Positions 19,801-30,544 are shown, counted from the first letter of the stretch. The stretch: 64,000 nucleotides of DNA from Candidatus Omnitrophota bacterium (GCA_035352955.1 DAOPYQ010000002.1:233267-297266), one strand, 5' to 3'. The notes: a model not told the origin generated them from the letters alone. Numbers and translations are program-made.

Positions 19801-20964
19801 CTATAACGGAAGAGGTCCTATTTCTTTTAATAAACTCGAAATGGAAACAGCCTTTATTTTGGGGGCCATTCTGTAATTTTGAGTACCCGCGTGGATCACG
19901 GTCAGCTCTTTGAGTTTCAGGTCGCGAAGGGCGTGCCCCATGGACGGCGTCACGGAAGGGGAGCTGGTCCGTTTGATCTCGAATCCGAGGCGGGTCCGGC
20001 CGCGGACGACCAGAAGGTCCAATTCCGCTCCCGCGTGCGTCCCCCAATAAAAACATTCTTCGGGCAAAGCGCCCAGCCGCCGGATCAGCTCATGGATTAC
20101 AAAACCTTCCCAGGAGGCCCCGATCTTGGGATGCCCTTCGAGGTCGCGAAGGGTTCTTAAATTCAAAAGGGTATGGAGCAATCCGCTGTCCAGGATATAA
20201 ACCTTGGGCGCCTTGATCTGCCGTTTTCCGATGTTTTCGTGCCAGGGCAACAGCTGTCTCACGACAAGAGCGGCGGTAAGGATGTCCAGATAATGCCGCA
20301 CCGTCGTATCCGCAACGCCAAACGCCCGGCCAAACTCCGAAGCATTCCACTGCTGTCCGTGATAGTTCGCCAACATCGACCAGAACCTTCTGAGTGTCAC
20401 GGCCCGGATACTGATCCCGAGCTGGGGCAGATCCCTTTCCAGGAAATTCTTGATAAAAAACTGCCGCCAGGCAAAGCTTTTGGCTTCCGTCCCTGCCAGA
20501 AAGGACAGGGGGAACCCCCCCCGTATCCACAACCGCTCACCGTTCTTCGCGCCAACTTCGCTTAGCGAAAACCCTCCCAGTTCATGATAGGCGATTCTCC
20601 CCGCAAGCGTTTCCGAACTTTGCCGCAAGAGTTGGGGCGAAGCGCTGCCCAGGATCAGGAACCGGGCAGGCCGCGAGGGACGGTCGGCAAGCACTCTCAG
20701 GGCCCGGAATATTTCCGGTTTTTGCTGGATCTCATCGATGACGACCAGTCCGCGGAGCTGTTTGAGCGCAAACATCGGGTCGTCCAGCCGGGAAAGGTCT
20801 TCGGAGTTTTCGAGGTCAAAAAAAGACGCGGGACCTCCTTGCGCTTTCATTAGGGTATGGGCCAAAGTCGTTTTACCGACCTGCCTTGCTCCGACGATGC
20901 CGACGACCGGATGATCGTTCAAAAAGGCTTGTAAGGTTTTTAATTCTGAAAGGCGCTTCAGCAT
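19801..20964 (-). CDS. AAA-family ATPase, COG1373 / DUF4143-type
   Basis: 387 aa with Walker A GARQVGKTT, Walker B VVIDEIQ and a C-terminal DUF4143-like region. Confidence 0.7.
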   Translation of the reverse strand: MLKRLSELKTLQAFLNDHPVVGIVGARQVGKTTLAHTLMKAQGGPASFFDLENSEDLSRLDDPMFALKQLRGLVVIDEIQQKPEIFRALRVLADRPSRPARFLILGSASPQLLRQSSETLAGRIAYHELGGFSLSEVGAKNGERLWIRGGFPLSFLAGTEAKSFAWRQFFIKNFLERDLPQLGISIRAVTLRRFWSMLANYHGQQWNASEFGRAFGVADTTVRHYLDILTAALVVRQLLPWHENIGKRQIKAPKVYILDSGLLHTLLNLRTLRDLEGHPKIGASWEGFVIHELIRRLGALPEECFYWGTHAGAELDLLVVRGRTRLGFEIKRTSSPSVTPSMGHALRDLKLKELTVIHAGTQNYRMAPKIKAVSISSLLKEIGPLPL

Positions 20965-21112
20965 GCCAAAAGGTTACCTTGAATATTCGGTTATGTCAAC
21001 CGAGAATTCAATGTTTGTTCCAACGTGAAAATCGGATGCGCCATGCTCATCCTTCAATGATACTCCTCTGATCGAAAGACTAACTCCTCGCTTCCGTTTA
21101 TGATCGGAATGC

Positions 21113-21302
21113 CGGCCCGACCGTCCCTGAAACCCACGGAAGAGAATTCTCCTCCCGAACCCTTTGAAATAATGAAAGCTGAAAGTCAAATGCCGACTGT
21201 TTCCGTTATCGGCATCTTCCGCTCCGATATTGACCGCGTTATACCCCCCAGGGGGGGGGGAATCCGAAACGCAAAATCCTAAATCCAAAAAACTTTAAAT
21301 CC
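21113..21302. repeat. ~190-bp direct repeat, copy 2
   Basis: Same sequence as 19606..19795 in the same orientation. Confidence 0.8.
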
Positions 21303-21402
21303 GCCGCGCGAAATCCGAACTGCTTTCGGTCTGAAGGCCGGGATCCGGATGGGTTTATGCAGGATGGCGATTCACCCTGCTAACGTCGGGGTTAGGAACG
21401 GG

Positions 21403-22257
21403 TCATTCTTTGACGACACGCTGGTCCTGGCGGCCGAGGGATTCGATCTCGAGGGTCACGCGATCGCCGGGTTTCAGGAATTTGTCCTCCCCCCAGGATT
21501 TTGCGTTGCCCGGCCCGGAACCCATGGCAATGATGTCGCCGGGGCACAGGGTAAAAAACCGGCTGAGGTAGCTGACCGCTTCTTCCGCGTTCAAAACGTA
21601 GTCGCTCGTGTTGAAATCCTGCCGGAGTTCACCGTTCACCCAAAACTTCACGTCAAGGTCGGAGGGATTCGGGACTTCATCCGGCGTGACGATCTGGGGC
21701 CCGACGGGAGCGAACGAGTCGAAACCTTTCCCTTTGGTGTATTGCTTGTCGCCGGTCTCGAACTGCCAGTAGCGATCGGAGACATCGTTAAAACAGGTGT
21801 AGCCGAGGATGTGGGTTGCGGCGTCCGCCGGCTCGATGTACTTCCCTTTTTTCCCGATCACGACGCCAAGCTCCGCTTCCCAGTCAAGTTTTCCGGCATG
21901 GCGGGAGTAAAGGATCGGATCGTTCGGCCCGGAAACGGCGGTCGCGGGCTTGAGGAACACGGTGATCGGATCGTCCGCGACCGGCGCGTGCCCCATCTGC
22001 TGCGTGTGGAGCCGCGAATTGAATCCGATGCACATCACCTTGCCGGGACGGCTGACGCAGGGGCCGGTACGGACATTCTCCTCGATAACGGGGAGCGAAC
22101 GGAGATCGGCGGAACGCAATATGGAAACGATATCGACGGCGGCAAGCGACTGCGGGTCCAGGTCAGAAATGAGACGCGAAATATCGCGGATCTTGCCCTC
22201 GGGATCAAGAACGGCCGGCTTCTCTTTTCCCGCCGGCCCGTACCGTAATAGTTTCAT
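21403..22257 (-). CDS. Fumarylacetoacetate hydrolase (FAH) family hydratase/isomerase
   Basis: 284 aa with FAH-fold signatures (…KVMCIGFNS…, …DWEAELGVVIGK…, …GDIIAMGSGPG…). Confidence 0.8.
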   Translation of the reverse strand: MKLLRYGPAGKEKPAVLDPEGKIRDISRLISDLDPQSLAAVDIVSILRSADLRSLPVIEENVRTGPCVSRPGKVMCIGFNSRLHTQQMGHAPVADDPITVFLKPATAVSGPNDPILYSRHAGKLDWEAELGVVIGKKGKYIEPADAATHILGYTCFNDVSDRYWQFETGDKQYTKGKGFDSFAPVGPQIVTPDEVPNPSDLDVKFWVNGELRQDFNTSDYVLNAEEAVSYLSRFFTLCPGDIIAMGSGPGNAKSWGEDKFLKPGDRVTLEIESLGRQDQRVVKE

Positions 22258-22374
22258 CTCACCCTCTTACAAAAGAGAAAAATTCAAAGCTTAAAGATTA
22301 AAATTCCGGTAACGGCTTTGCCGTTCTTATTTTAAAAAAGCGCGAAGCGCTTCTTTAATTCTGATCTTTGAACT

Positions 22375-25074
22375 TTACTTCAGCAATTGGCGAAGGACGT
22401 ACTGGAGGATGCCGCCGTGGCGGTAATACTCGATCTCGATCGGCGTATCGATCCGGCAGACAAGTTCAAAACTCTGCTGGGTCACGGTGCGGCGACCGCC
22501 GGAGACCGTGCAGGTCAGGATCTTCCCCGGTTTGAGGTTTTCGGAAATGCCTTCGATCGCGTAGATCTCCTCACCGGTCAGGCCAAACGACGCGGCGGTC
22601 TGTCCCTGGAAGAACTGGAGCGGCAGGATGCCCATCCCGATCAGATTACTGCGATGAATGCGCTCGTAACTTTCGGCAATCACGGCTTTGACGCCGAGAA
22701 GCGCGGGGCCTTTGGCAGCCCAATCCCGCGATGATCCGGAACCGTATTCCTTCCCGGCCAGAATGATGAGGGGAACCTTGTCTTCCTGGTATTTCACCGA
22801 GGCGTCGTAGATGGTGGTTTCCGACGCCTTGCCTTCCTTCGGGAAATATTTCGTGAATCCGCCCTCGACCCCCGGCACAAGCTGGTTCTTCAACCGGATA
22901 TTCGCGAACGTGCCGCGGACCATGACTTCGTGATTGCCGCGCCGTGAGCCGTAAGAATTGAAGTCCACGGGCGCGACGCCATTCTCGATCAGGTATTTCC
23001 CGGCGGGGCTGTCCGCCTTGATGGAGCCGGCCGGGGAAATGTGATCGGTCGTGATGGAGTCCCCGAGCACGGCCAACACGCAGGCGCCTTTGATATCCCT
23101 CAGCGCCCCGGGCTGCGCGGGCATGCCTTTGAAATAGGGCGGGTGTTTCACATAAAGCGATTTTTTGTCCCAGGCGAACGTGTTGCCCGCCGGCGCCTCG
23201 AGGGCGCGCCAGGCGTCGCCGCCTTCAAAAACATTGCGGTACCGGTTCCGGAACATCGCGGGATCAACGCTCTTCAGGGCCTGACCGATCTCTTTCGCGG
23301 ACGGCCAAAGATCGCGAAAATAAACGGCCTTCCCTTTCTTGTCTTTTCCGAGCGGATCTTTTTCGAGATCAACGTTCACATTCCCCGCGATCGCATACGC
23401 CACCACAAGCGCCGGGGTCGCAAGATAATTCGCCCGGACCTGCACATGAACGCGGCCTTCGAAGTTGCGGTTCCCGGAAAGCACCGCCGAGACGACCAGG
23501 TCTTTTTCCTTGATCGCTTGGGACACCGGCGCGGAAAGCGGCCCGGAATTCCCGATGCAGGTCAGACAACCGTAACCGACGAGATCGAATTTCAATTGTT
23601 CCAGATAAAATAAAAGTCCGCTCGCCTTCAGATAATCGGTCACGACCTGTGAGCCCGGCGCAAGGCTTGTCTTGACCCACGGTTTCACGGTGAGACCTTT
23701 TTCAACCGCCTTCTTCGCGAGCAATCCCGCGGCAAGCATCACGGACGGGCTGGAGGTGTTCGTGCAGCTCGTGATCGACGCGATCACCACCGCGCCGTGC
23801 CCGAGCTGGCATTTTTCGCCCCCGATCGACACGACCGCCTTCCGGGAAAGATCCGCCTTGGTTTTGACCGCTTCACCAAGCGTTTTCCCGAACGACGCCT
23901 TTACTTCTTTCAGGCGCACGCGCTCCTGCGGCCGGCGTGGCCCGGCAAGACTCATCTCGACCGTCGCAAGGTCGAGTTCGACGACGTCCGAGTAAACGAT
24001 CTTCTCTTCCCCGCCGTCGCGGAAAAGCCCCTGTGCCCTCAAATACGTCTCGGCAAGCGTGATCTGCTCCTCGCTCCGGCCGGTCAACCTCAGAAAATCG
24101 AGCGTCTCCTGATCCACCGGGAAAAATCCCGCCGTCGCGCCGTATTCCGGTGCCATATTGGCCACCACGGCCCGGTCCGCCAGCGGAAGTGTCGCGACGC
24201 CGGGTCCGAAAAATTCCACGAATTTTCCGACCACGCCTTTTTTGCGAAGCATCTGCGTGACCGTCAGCACAAGATCCGTCGCGGTGACGCCCTCCGGTAG
24301 CTCCCCGGCCAGTTTGAACCCGATGACCTCGGGGATCAGCATCGACACCGGCTGACCGAGCATCGCCGCCTCGGCTTCGATCCCGCCGACGCCCCAACCC
24401 AGCACTCCGAGACCGTTGATCATGGTCGTGTGCGAATCCGTACCGACCAGCGTATCCGGATAAAGGAAGGTTTTCCCGCCGTCCTTGCGGCTAAAGATCA
24501 CGGGCGAGAGATATTCCAGGTTCACTTGGTGGATGATGCCCGTGGCCGGCGGCACCACGCGGAAATTATCGAAGGCCTTCTGGCCCCATTTGAGGAACTG
24601 GTAGCGCTCACGATTGCGCTCGAATTCTTTTTCGATGTTCAACCGGAAAGCGTCCGGTGTCCCGGAAAAATCGGTCTGGATCGAGTGATCGATCACAAGG
24701 TCGACCGGCTGGAGAGGGTTGATCTTCTTCGGGTCGCCTCCCATTTTTACCATTGCTTCGCGCATCGCGGCAAGATCGACCACCGCGGGAACGCCCGTAA
24801 AATCCTGCAAAAGCGCCCTCGCCGGCGTGAACGCGATCTCATGCTCGCTCTTGCGCGCAGGGTCCCAGGTCGCGAGCCGCTCGATATCCTTTCGCGTGAC
24901 ACTCTTCCCGTCCTCGTTGCGGAGCAGGTTCTCGAGCAATACGCGGATCGAATACGGCAAACGCAGGACCTTCGCGATCCCGCATTCCTGCAGCGCCCTC
25001 AAACGATAGATCGTGAAATCCTTCCCCGCGATCTTGAGCGTGACCTTACTTCCAAAACTGTTCAAAAGACTCAT
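22375..25074 (-). CDS. acnA: Aconitate hydratase A
   Basis: 899 aa with aconitase family signatures (SITSCTNTS, the cluster-ligand region [10 protein letters not shown], and a C-terminal swivel domain). Confidence 0.9.
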   Translation of the reverse strand: MSLLNSFGSKVTLKIAGKDFTIYRLRALQECGIAKVLRLPYSIRVLLENLLRNEDGKSVTRKDIERLATWDPARKSEHEIAFTPARALLQDFTGVPAVVDLAAMREAMVKMGGDPKKINPLQPVDLVIDHSIQTDFSGTPDAFRLNIEKEFERNRERYQFLKWGQKAFDNFRVVPPATGIIHQVNLEYLSPVIFSRKDGGKTFLYPDTLVGTDSHTTMINGLGVLGWGVGGIEAEAAMLGQPVSMLIPEVIGFKLAGELPEGVTATDLVLTVTQMLRKKGVVGKFVEFFGPGVATLPLADRAVVANMAPEYGATAGFFPVDQETLDFLRLTGRSEEQITLAETYLRAQGLFRDGGEEKIVYSDVVELDLATVEMSLAGPRRPQERVRLKEVKASFGKTLGEAVKTKADLSRKAVVSIGGEKCQLGHGAVVIASITSCTNTSSPSVMLAAGLLAKKAVEKGLTVKPWVKTSLAPGSQVVTDYLKASGLLFYLEQLKFDLVGYGCLTCIGNSGPLSAPVSQAIKEKDLVVSAVLSGNRNFEGRVHVQVRANYLATPALVVAYAIAGNVNVDLEKDPLGKDKKGKAVYFRDLWPSAKEIGQALKSVDPAMFRNRYRNVFEGGDAWRALEAPAGNTFAWDKKSLYVKHPPYFKGMPAQPGALRDIKGACVLAVLGDSITTDHISPAGSIKADSPAGKYLIENGVAPVDFNSYGSRRGNHEVMVRGTFANIRLKNQLVPGVEGGFTKYFPKEGKASETTIYDASVKYQEDKVPLIILAGKEYGSGSSRDWAAKGPALLGVKAVIAESYERIHRSNLIGMGILPLQFFQGQTAASFGLTGEEIYAIEGISENLKPGKILTCTVSGGRRTVTQQSFELVCRIDTPIEIEYYRHGGILQYVLRQLLK

Positions 25075-25310
25075 CGTTAGAAGATCCCTTGTTTATTTAG
25101 GAAAGGGCCGTACTTCTTGTCCACTTCCATGATGTGATGATCCAGCCGGTTCGTCAAGCCGGGGCGTTCCTTTCTCCGCGTCCTTCTGGAGCCCGGCCGC
25201 AGTGGCCCTGAACACATCGTGCTGTTGATCGATCCCCTCGACCCCGCCGCTGTACTTCTCATCCCACTTTATCTGCGACATGGAAGCCCCCCGCTCCGGA
25301 TTTTCGTTCG

Positions 25311-26393
25311 CTATCTCATTTTCCGGATGATCGCCTGCGCCATTTCTCTTGTGCCGACGGCGGTCGGATCGTTCCGGTCCGCCTTCATGTCATACGTCAC
25401 ATCCTTGCCTTCCCGGATCACGTCCGCCACCGCTTTTTCCAACCGGTCCGCGGCACCCACTTCCCCGAGATGCCTCAGCATGAGAACGCCCGAGAGGATC
25501 AGCGCCACGGGGTTCATCTTGTTCTGGCCCTTGTACTTCGGCGCAGAACCGTGCGTCGCTTCAAAGAGCGCGCTGTTCGTCCCGATATTCGCGCCGGGCG
25601 CCACCCCGAGCCCGCCGATCAGTCCCGCGCAAAGGTCGGAAAGAATGTCGCCGTAAAGGTTCGGCAGGACCAGCACGTCATAAAGCTCCGGCTTTTGTAC
25701 GAGCTGCATGCACATATTGTCCACGATACGGTCTTCGAATTCGATATTCGGATATTTTTTGGCGACTTCGCGCGCGACCTCGAGGAAAAGTCCGTCCGAA
25801 AATTTCATAATGTTCGCCTTATGGACCGCGGTAACCTTCTTACGCTTGTACTGCCGGGCATATTCAAAAGCGAACCTCACGATACGCTCGGTCCCCGTCA
25901 CAGAGATCGGCTTGATGCTCACGCCCGAATCGGGACGGATCTTTCTTTGGGAAAGTTTTTCGATCTCCGTGATCAACGCCGTCGCTCCGGGCGTCCCTTT
26001 CTGGAACTCGATCCCGGCATAAAGATCCTCGGTGTTCTCGCGGACGATCACGAGGTCGATATTCTTGTAGCGGGAGCGCACGCCGTCGTAGGACTTGCAC
26101 GGCCGGAGGCAGGCGTAAAGATCGAGTTCTTTGCGGAGCGCGACATTTACGGAGCGGAACCCGGTCCCCACCGGCGTCGTGATCGGCGCCTTGATGGCGA
26201 TCTTGTTCTTGCGGATGGATGCGATCACGCGATCCGGAAGCGGCGTCCCTTCCTGGGCCATCACATCCACCCCGGCGGTCTGGACATCCCAATCGAATTT
26301 AACGCCCGTCGCTTCAAGACACGCCTTCGTTGCTTCCGCAAGTTCGGGGCCGACTCCGTCCCCCGGGATCAATGTTACTTTATAAGATTTCAT
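25311..26393 (-). CDS. icd: Isocitrate dehydrogenase (NAD-type) / isopropylmalate dehydrogenase family
   Basis: 360 aa. The N-terminus [14 protein letters not shown] and the [10 protein letters not shown] motif are typical of IDH/IMDH. It sits in a TCA gene neighbourhood. Confidence 0.8.
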   Translation of the reverse strand: MKSYKVTLIPGDGVGPELAEATKACLEATGVKFDWDVQTAGVDVMAQEGTPLPDRVIASIRKNKIAIKAPITTPVGTGFRSVNVALRKELDLYACLRPCKSYDGVRSRYKNIDLVIVRENTEDLYAGIEFQKGTPGATALITEIEKLSQRKIRPDSGVSIKPISVTGTERIVRFAFEYARQYKRKKVTAVHKANIMKFSDGLFLEVAREVAKKYPNIEFEDRIVDNMCMQLVQKPELYDVLVLPNLYGDILSDLCAGLIGGLGVAPGANIGTNSALFEATHGSAPKYKGQNKMNPVALILSGVLMLRHLGEVGAADRLEKAVADVIREGKDVTYDMKADRNDPTAVGTREMAQAIIRKMR

Positions 26394-26650
26394 CGATATT
26401 CTCCGACTTTACGAACGACGAGCAACGGATCACGAGTAACGAGCCGCGTCACTCGTCGCTCGTGACCCGTTACTGATGCGTCAATGAGTTGCAGAAGGGA
26501 GGGAACCTTAAGTCCCCCTTGCCTTAGATTTTATTCCAAAAAGGGTTGGCAAAGCTCGTCCCAATTTCAACTTCGTTGAAATTGATAGGCCTTGGGACTA
26601 CAATGCAACCCGACCCGCAATATATCTCACTGAAAGGATTCGTATTCTAT

Positions 26651-27439
26651 ATGAAGACCGCTGAAATTAAAAGAACGCTCTTGGAAGCCATCGCTCGGGC
26701 CGGAAAGATCGTCAAAGCGAATTTCGGAAAGCAGCAAAAGATCACGAAAAAGGGTGAATTCAACCTCGTCACCGAGATCGACAAAGCTTCCGAAAAAGCC
26801 GCGCTCGCGGTCATCCTCAAACGTTTCCCGGACCATTCTGTCCTTGCCGAAGAATCCCCCGAAGTGGCGGGCTCCGGCTGCCGTTGGATCATCGACCCGA
26901 TCGACGGCACCACGAACTTCGCTCATGGATTCCCCATCGTTTCGATCTCCATCGGATTTGAGCATCACGGCCGTCTCTTGATGGGCGGGGTGCTTGACCC
27001 GACGCGCGATGAACTTTTTTTCGCAGAACGCGGCCGGGGCGCTTTTCTAAACGGGAAGCGGATCCGGGTCTCGACCGCCAAAACGCTCTCGGATTCCCTT
27101 GTCGTCACGGGATTCCCCTACGACCGGAAAGAGAACCCGGAAGTCTACCTCGCCTTGCTCCGGACATTCCTCACCCGCGTCCAGTGTATCCGCCGCACAG
27201 GCTCCGCCGCGATAGACCTCTGTTACGTGGCCTGCGGGCGCTTCGACGCTTATTATGAAATGAAGCTGAGGCCCTGGGATAAGGCCGCCGGAATGATCGT
27301 CGCGGAAGAAGCGGGCGCAAAACTCACGGATTTTTCGGGAAAACCGCTCACGCTCACAAGTGTTCAGAACCTTGCGACGAACGGCCGGGTCCATCAGGAA
27401 ATGCTTCGCCTGTTGAAACCGTTCAAGAACTTAAAATAG
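26651..27439 (+). CDS. suhB: Inositol monophosphatase family protein (SuhB/ImpA)
   Basis: IMPase signatures WIIDPIDGTTNFAHGFP and a metal-binding region. The start is chosen at MKTAEIK; a longer ORF begins at 26546. Confidence 0.8.
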   Translation: MKTAEIKRTLLEAIARAGKIVKANFGKQQKITKKGEFNLVTEIDKASEKAALAVILKRFPDHSVLAEESPEVAGSGCRWIIDPIDGTTNFAHGFPIVSISIGFEHHGRLLMGGVLDPTRDELFFAERGRGAFLNGKRIRVSTAKTLSDSLVVTGFPYDRKENPEVYLALLRTFLTRVQCIRRTGSAAIDLCYVACGRFDAYYEMKLRPWDKAAGMIVAEEAGAKLTDFSGKPLTLTSVQNLATNGRVHQEMLRLLKPFKNLK

Positions 27440-27525
27440 CGCAACGCACAACGCGCAACAGAAAGACCTTTGTTCTTTGCGTTGGGCGTAGTTCTCAATG
27501 TCACTGGATCGAAATGGTTGTAGCA

Positions 27526-27672
27526 TGAAGAAAAAATCACTCCGAGCTCCGAAACCGCGTCACGCCTGGAAGATCAACCCGAAAACCCGCGTCAAAGACT
27601 CCGCGAAAAAATACTCCCGCCCAAAAACCAAAAGATCCGAAAAAACCTGGGCCGACGAATTCTTTGATTAGA
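27526..27672 (+). CDS. Possible small highly basic protein (48 aa)
   Basis: The ORF MKKKSLRAPKPRHAWKINPKTRVKDSAKKYSRPKTKRSEKTWADEFFD lies in an otherwise empty spacer and is followed by a strong terminator. Confidence 0.25.
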
Positions 27673-27730
27673 AAGACCCCTCTGCTAAAAAACGAGGGGA
27701 GATATTGCGGAAGATAACGCCACAAATAAA

Positions 27731-27766
27731 AAGCGCCGGGCTCTAGAGCCCGGCGCTTTTCGAAAC
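27731..27766. terminator. Bidirectional rho-independent terminator
   Basis: The GC stem-loop aaaaGCGCCGGGCTCtagaGCCCGGCGCtttt has a U-run on both strands. Confidence 0.7.
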
Positions 27767-27781
27767 AGCTGAAGTTTTTAC

Positions 27782-28111
27782 TTATTTCCCGGAAAGATTG
27801 ACATCGTCCGGAATCGGAATATCCGCGGCGATCGGGAAAGTGACCAACTGCGCAGCGCCAAGAACCGTCGTGACGGCTGCGGTGATCATACCCTGACCAA
27901 CGCCCGACCACACATTCTTGCCGGCGGTGGAATATTCGTTAGGAACGGAGAAGATCTTGGTCCAACCGAGAACCGTGTTGGTCAAGCCGTACCCTAACTT
28001 GCCCGCGGCTTTTTCACCGTAGGTTTTTTCCTCAACCCACGGGCTGGCGGCGAATGCCATCGGCGCGAGGATCATGGAAAGGACTATCGCTAAGCTGATG
28101 ATTTTCTTCAT
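27782..28111 (-). CDS. Small secreted protein, paralog of 29992..30516 (possibly exosortase-system-associated TIGR04073-like family)
   Basis: MKKIISLAIVLSMILAPMAFA signal peptide, then KAAGKLGYGLTNTVLGWTKI. This parallels GGMLGRGFVNALTSPVDIFV in the paralog. Confidence 0.4.
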   Translation of the reverse strand: MKKIISLAIVLSMILAPMAFAASPWVEEKTYGEKAAGKLGYGLTNTVLGWTKIFSVPNEYSTAGKNVWSGVGQGMITAAVTTVLGAAQLVTFPIAADIPIPDDVNLSGK

Positions 28112-28295
28112 TGCTGTTTCCTCCTTGGTTTTTAAAGCCTCGGATTTACGCGATTGCTTGAGAGTGATTCTGCCACAACTCAACGCCATCGACAACTATT
28201 AATATGCCTGATGGTTATCGTCCTCTCCCTGCTTTCCTTAAGCAATATTTATCAGAAATCTTGCCGCCGCACGGCTCCCCCTATATGATACCCGG

Positions 28296-29351
28296 ATGAA
28301 ATCCCCCTTCCGGCCCCAAACACGCTTACAAGATCATCTCTTGGCATGGTACCACCGCCACAAAAGAGACCTGCCTTGGAGAAAAATCCGGGATCCTTAC
28401 AGCATCTGGGTTTCCGAGATCATGCTGCAGCAAACCCAGGTCGTTACCGTAATCCCCTACTACCGGAAATGGCTTAAAAAATTCCCGACCCTCGCATCGC
28501 TTGCGCGAGCCCCCCTCTCGGAAGTCCTGAAAAGTTGGGCCGGTATGGGATATTACCGCCGCGCCAGAACGCTCCACGCAGCCGCACGGCATATCCGGAA
28601 AAACCTCGATGGAAAAATTCCGCGCACGGCCCTTGAGTTAAGGCGGCTGCCCGGGATCGGCCGGTATACCGCCGGCGCCATCGCAAGCATTGCATTCGGT
28701 GAAAAAACCCCGGTCCTGGACGGCAACGTGATACGCATTCTCACAAGAATCTTCGGGATTTCCGCAAGTATCGACCGCCCCGCAACGATCGAAAAACTCT
28801 GGGACCTCGCGGAAACCCTTCTCCCGGAAAAAGATCCCGGGGATATGAACCAGGCTCTCATGGAACTGGGGGCCACCGTCTGTTTTCCGTTAACGCCCCA
28901 GTGCCCCCGCTGTCCCGTCCGCTCTTCCTGCAAGGCGCGCAGAAAAGGAAAAGCGCTATCGTATCCCGTCCGTTCCAAGAAAGACGTTTATGAAAACATC
29001 CGGATGGCCGCGTTGGTTTTACGGAATGGAAAAAACGAGGTCTGGCTCGAGAAGCAACCCGCGCATGGCCGCTGGGGCGGCCTCTGGATCTTCCCTTCGC
29101 ACAAAAACAAAATAGAACTCGCGAAAAAAAACAGCCTCGCCCCCGCTTCGCTAAGACCCCTTTTAACCGTGCGGCATGCTTTCACGAAATACCGGATTCG
29201 ACTGGATGTGTACGATTCTTCCGTCAAAACAAAACCGGGAAAGAACCCGCTCAGCGGACGCTGGCTCGCCATCAAAAAACTTGGGGAGACCGCGTTGCCG
29301 TCTCCCCACAGGAAAATCGCAGAACACCTTCGTGCGGAAAAAAACTCCTGA
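28296..29351 (+). CDS. mutY: A/G-specific adenine DNA glycosylase
   Basis: Motifs WYHRHKRDLPWR, SEIMLQQTQV, an HhH-GPD region and a C-terminal FeS Cys ligands/NUDIX-like domain. Confidence 0.85.
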   Translation: MKSPFRPQTRLQDHLLAWYHRHKRDLPWRKIRDPYSIWVSEIMLQQTQVVTVIPYYRKWLKKFPTLASLARAPLSEVLKSWAGMGYYRRARTLHAAARHIRKNLDGKIPRTALELRRLPGIGRYTAGAIASIAFGEKTPVLDGNVIRILTRIFGISASIDRPATIEKLWDLAETLLPEKDPGDMNQALMELGATVCFPLTPQCPRCPVRSSCKARRKGKALSYPVRSKKDVYENIRMAALVLRNGKNEVWLEKQPAHGRWGGLWIFPSHKNKIELAKKNSLAPASLRPLLTVRHAFTKYRIRLDVYDSSVKTKPGKNPLSGRWLAIKKLGETALPSPHRKIAEHLRAEKNS

Positions 29352-29473
29352 CATTCTCTTTTCCCCAAAAGAGAACGCCCCGGCCGGTGGAAACCGGCCC
29401 TTCCCATAAGACCTTACGGTCCCGGCTCACCTGAACACGTTATCGTAAAGATAACCTTTGAGCCCGAAAAGTC

Positions 29474-29701
29474 TTATTGGTTCATTCGATCCATCAGCCA
29501 CTTATCCAGAACGTCCTTCTTGAAGCGCCACTGTCCGCCGATCTTCGTCGCCGGAACCTCGTTTTTCTTCAGAAGACGATAAATCGTCACAAGGTGAAAC
29601 CCGAGATACTTCGCCGCTTCCTTGGGCGTCATGATCTGCGTTCTCTCGCGCCTCGGATACTGGAATTCCTGGCCCTGATTCTGATCTTTTGCCTGCTCCA
29701 T
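29474..29701 (-). CDS. Excisionase-family helix-turn-helix DNA-binding protein
   Basis: 75 aa containing the HTH_17-like core MTPKEAAKYLGFHLVTIYRLLKKNEVPATKIGGQWRF. Confidence 0.7.
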   Translation of the reverse strand: MEQAKDQNQGQEFQYPRRERTQIMTPKEAAKYLGFHLVTIYRLLKKNEVPATKIGGQWRFKKDVLDKWLMDRMNQ

Positions 29702-29811
29702 CTTTGTTCTCCTTGTTTAGTATTGCTATTTTTAAGATCGATTAAGCTATATGCTACAACACAAACTACACTACATACTATAAATTGTCAATAGTTGCTA
29801 GTTTTTACAAC

Positions 29812-29832
29812 TCGGCGCTGTTTTTGCAACTC
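29812..29832 (+). promoter_or_regulatory. Candidate sigma-54 (-24/-12) promoter
   Basis: cGGcgctgtttttGCaact has GG-N10-GC spacing with a TTGCA -12 box. It lies in the AT-rich divergent spacer about 160 nt upstream of the 29992 ATG. Confidence 0.35.
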
Positions 29833-29991
29833 CATACTGTAATTGAAGTTACAATGAAATCACCACTTGTAAAAAAAATAATATTGCTTGTTATTTTTAT
29901 TAAATGTAGTATCCTAACTCGTCAGATTTTTAGAAGTACCAATCCAGCCAATCGGTCATATTCAAAATCTTTCAAAAGAGGGAGGTTGTTC

Positions 29992-30516
29992 ATGAAAAAG
30001 GCAAAAGTATTGCTGGCTCTAGCGGCCTGCGCTTTTCTGTTGGTCCCGCAGGGTCTCGCAAAAGATGTTTGGGAAATGGCGCAATCGGACGTCTATAAAG
30101 AAAAATCCGGCGGAATGCTCGGTCGTGGCTTTGTGAACGCCCTGACAAGCCCTGTAGACATTTTCGTCCAAACTGTTGATAAGAGCAAAAAAGGCCCGGC
30201 GCTTGTGGGTACGCTGACCGGTATGGCCGGGGGTCTTGGTTGCACCGCACTGCGCGCCTCTTCCGGCATCGTTGACGTTGCCTTTTTCTGGGTCCCGGGT
30301 TTTAACGGGTTCCCTGTCGCAAAGTCTTACGAAAACTGCCTCGAAGATGATACGGAAGTTGTTGAGCCCATCCAGGCTCCCGTTGTGCAACAGCCGATCG
30401 TGCCTGTCGTGACCCCGGCAGAACCTCAGAAGCCCCTGGTAACGGTTGTGGAAGATCAGCCGGCGCCGACGCCGAAAAAGGTTGTCCGGGATCCGTACCG
30501 CTACGTGAAAAAGTAA
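29992..30516 (+). CDS. Small secreted protein, paralog of 27782..28111, with C-terminal Pro/Val-rich extension
   Basis: An RBS AGAGGGAGG precedes the ATG. It has the signal peptide MKKAKVLLALAACAFLLVPQGLA and a shared GxxGRGxxNxxT core. Confidence 0.4.
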   Translation: MKKAKVLLALAACAFLLVPQGLAKDVWEMAQSDVYKEKSGGMLGRGFVNALTSPVDIFVQTVDKSKKGPALVGTLTGMAGGLGCTALRASSGIVDVAFFWVPGFNGFPVAKSYENCLEDDTEVVEPIQAPVVQQPIVPVVTPAEPQKPLVTVVEDQPAPTPKKVVRDPYRYVKK

Positions 30517-30544
30517 TTTCAGAAATTTCCTAAAATAAAAAAAC

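Noticed and set aside
21349-22248. 299-aa plus-strand ORF overlapping the FAH gene
   Set aside because: The minus-strand frame carries the FAH-family motifs, so the plus frame is a shadow.
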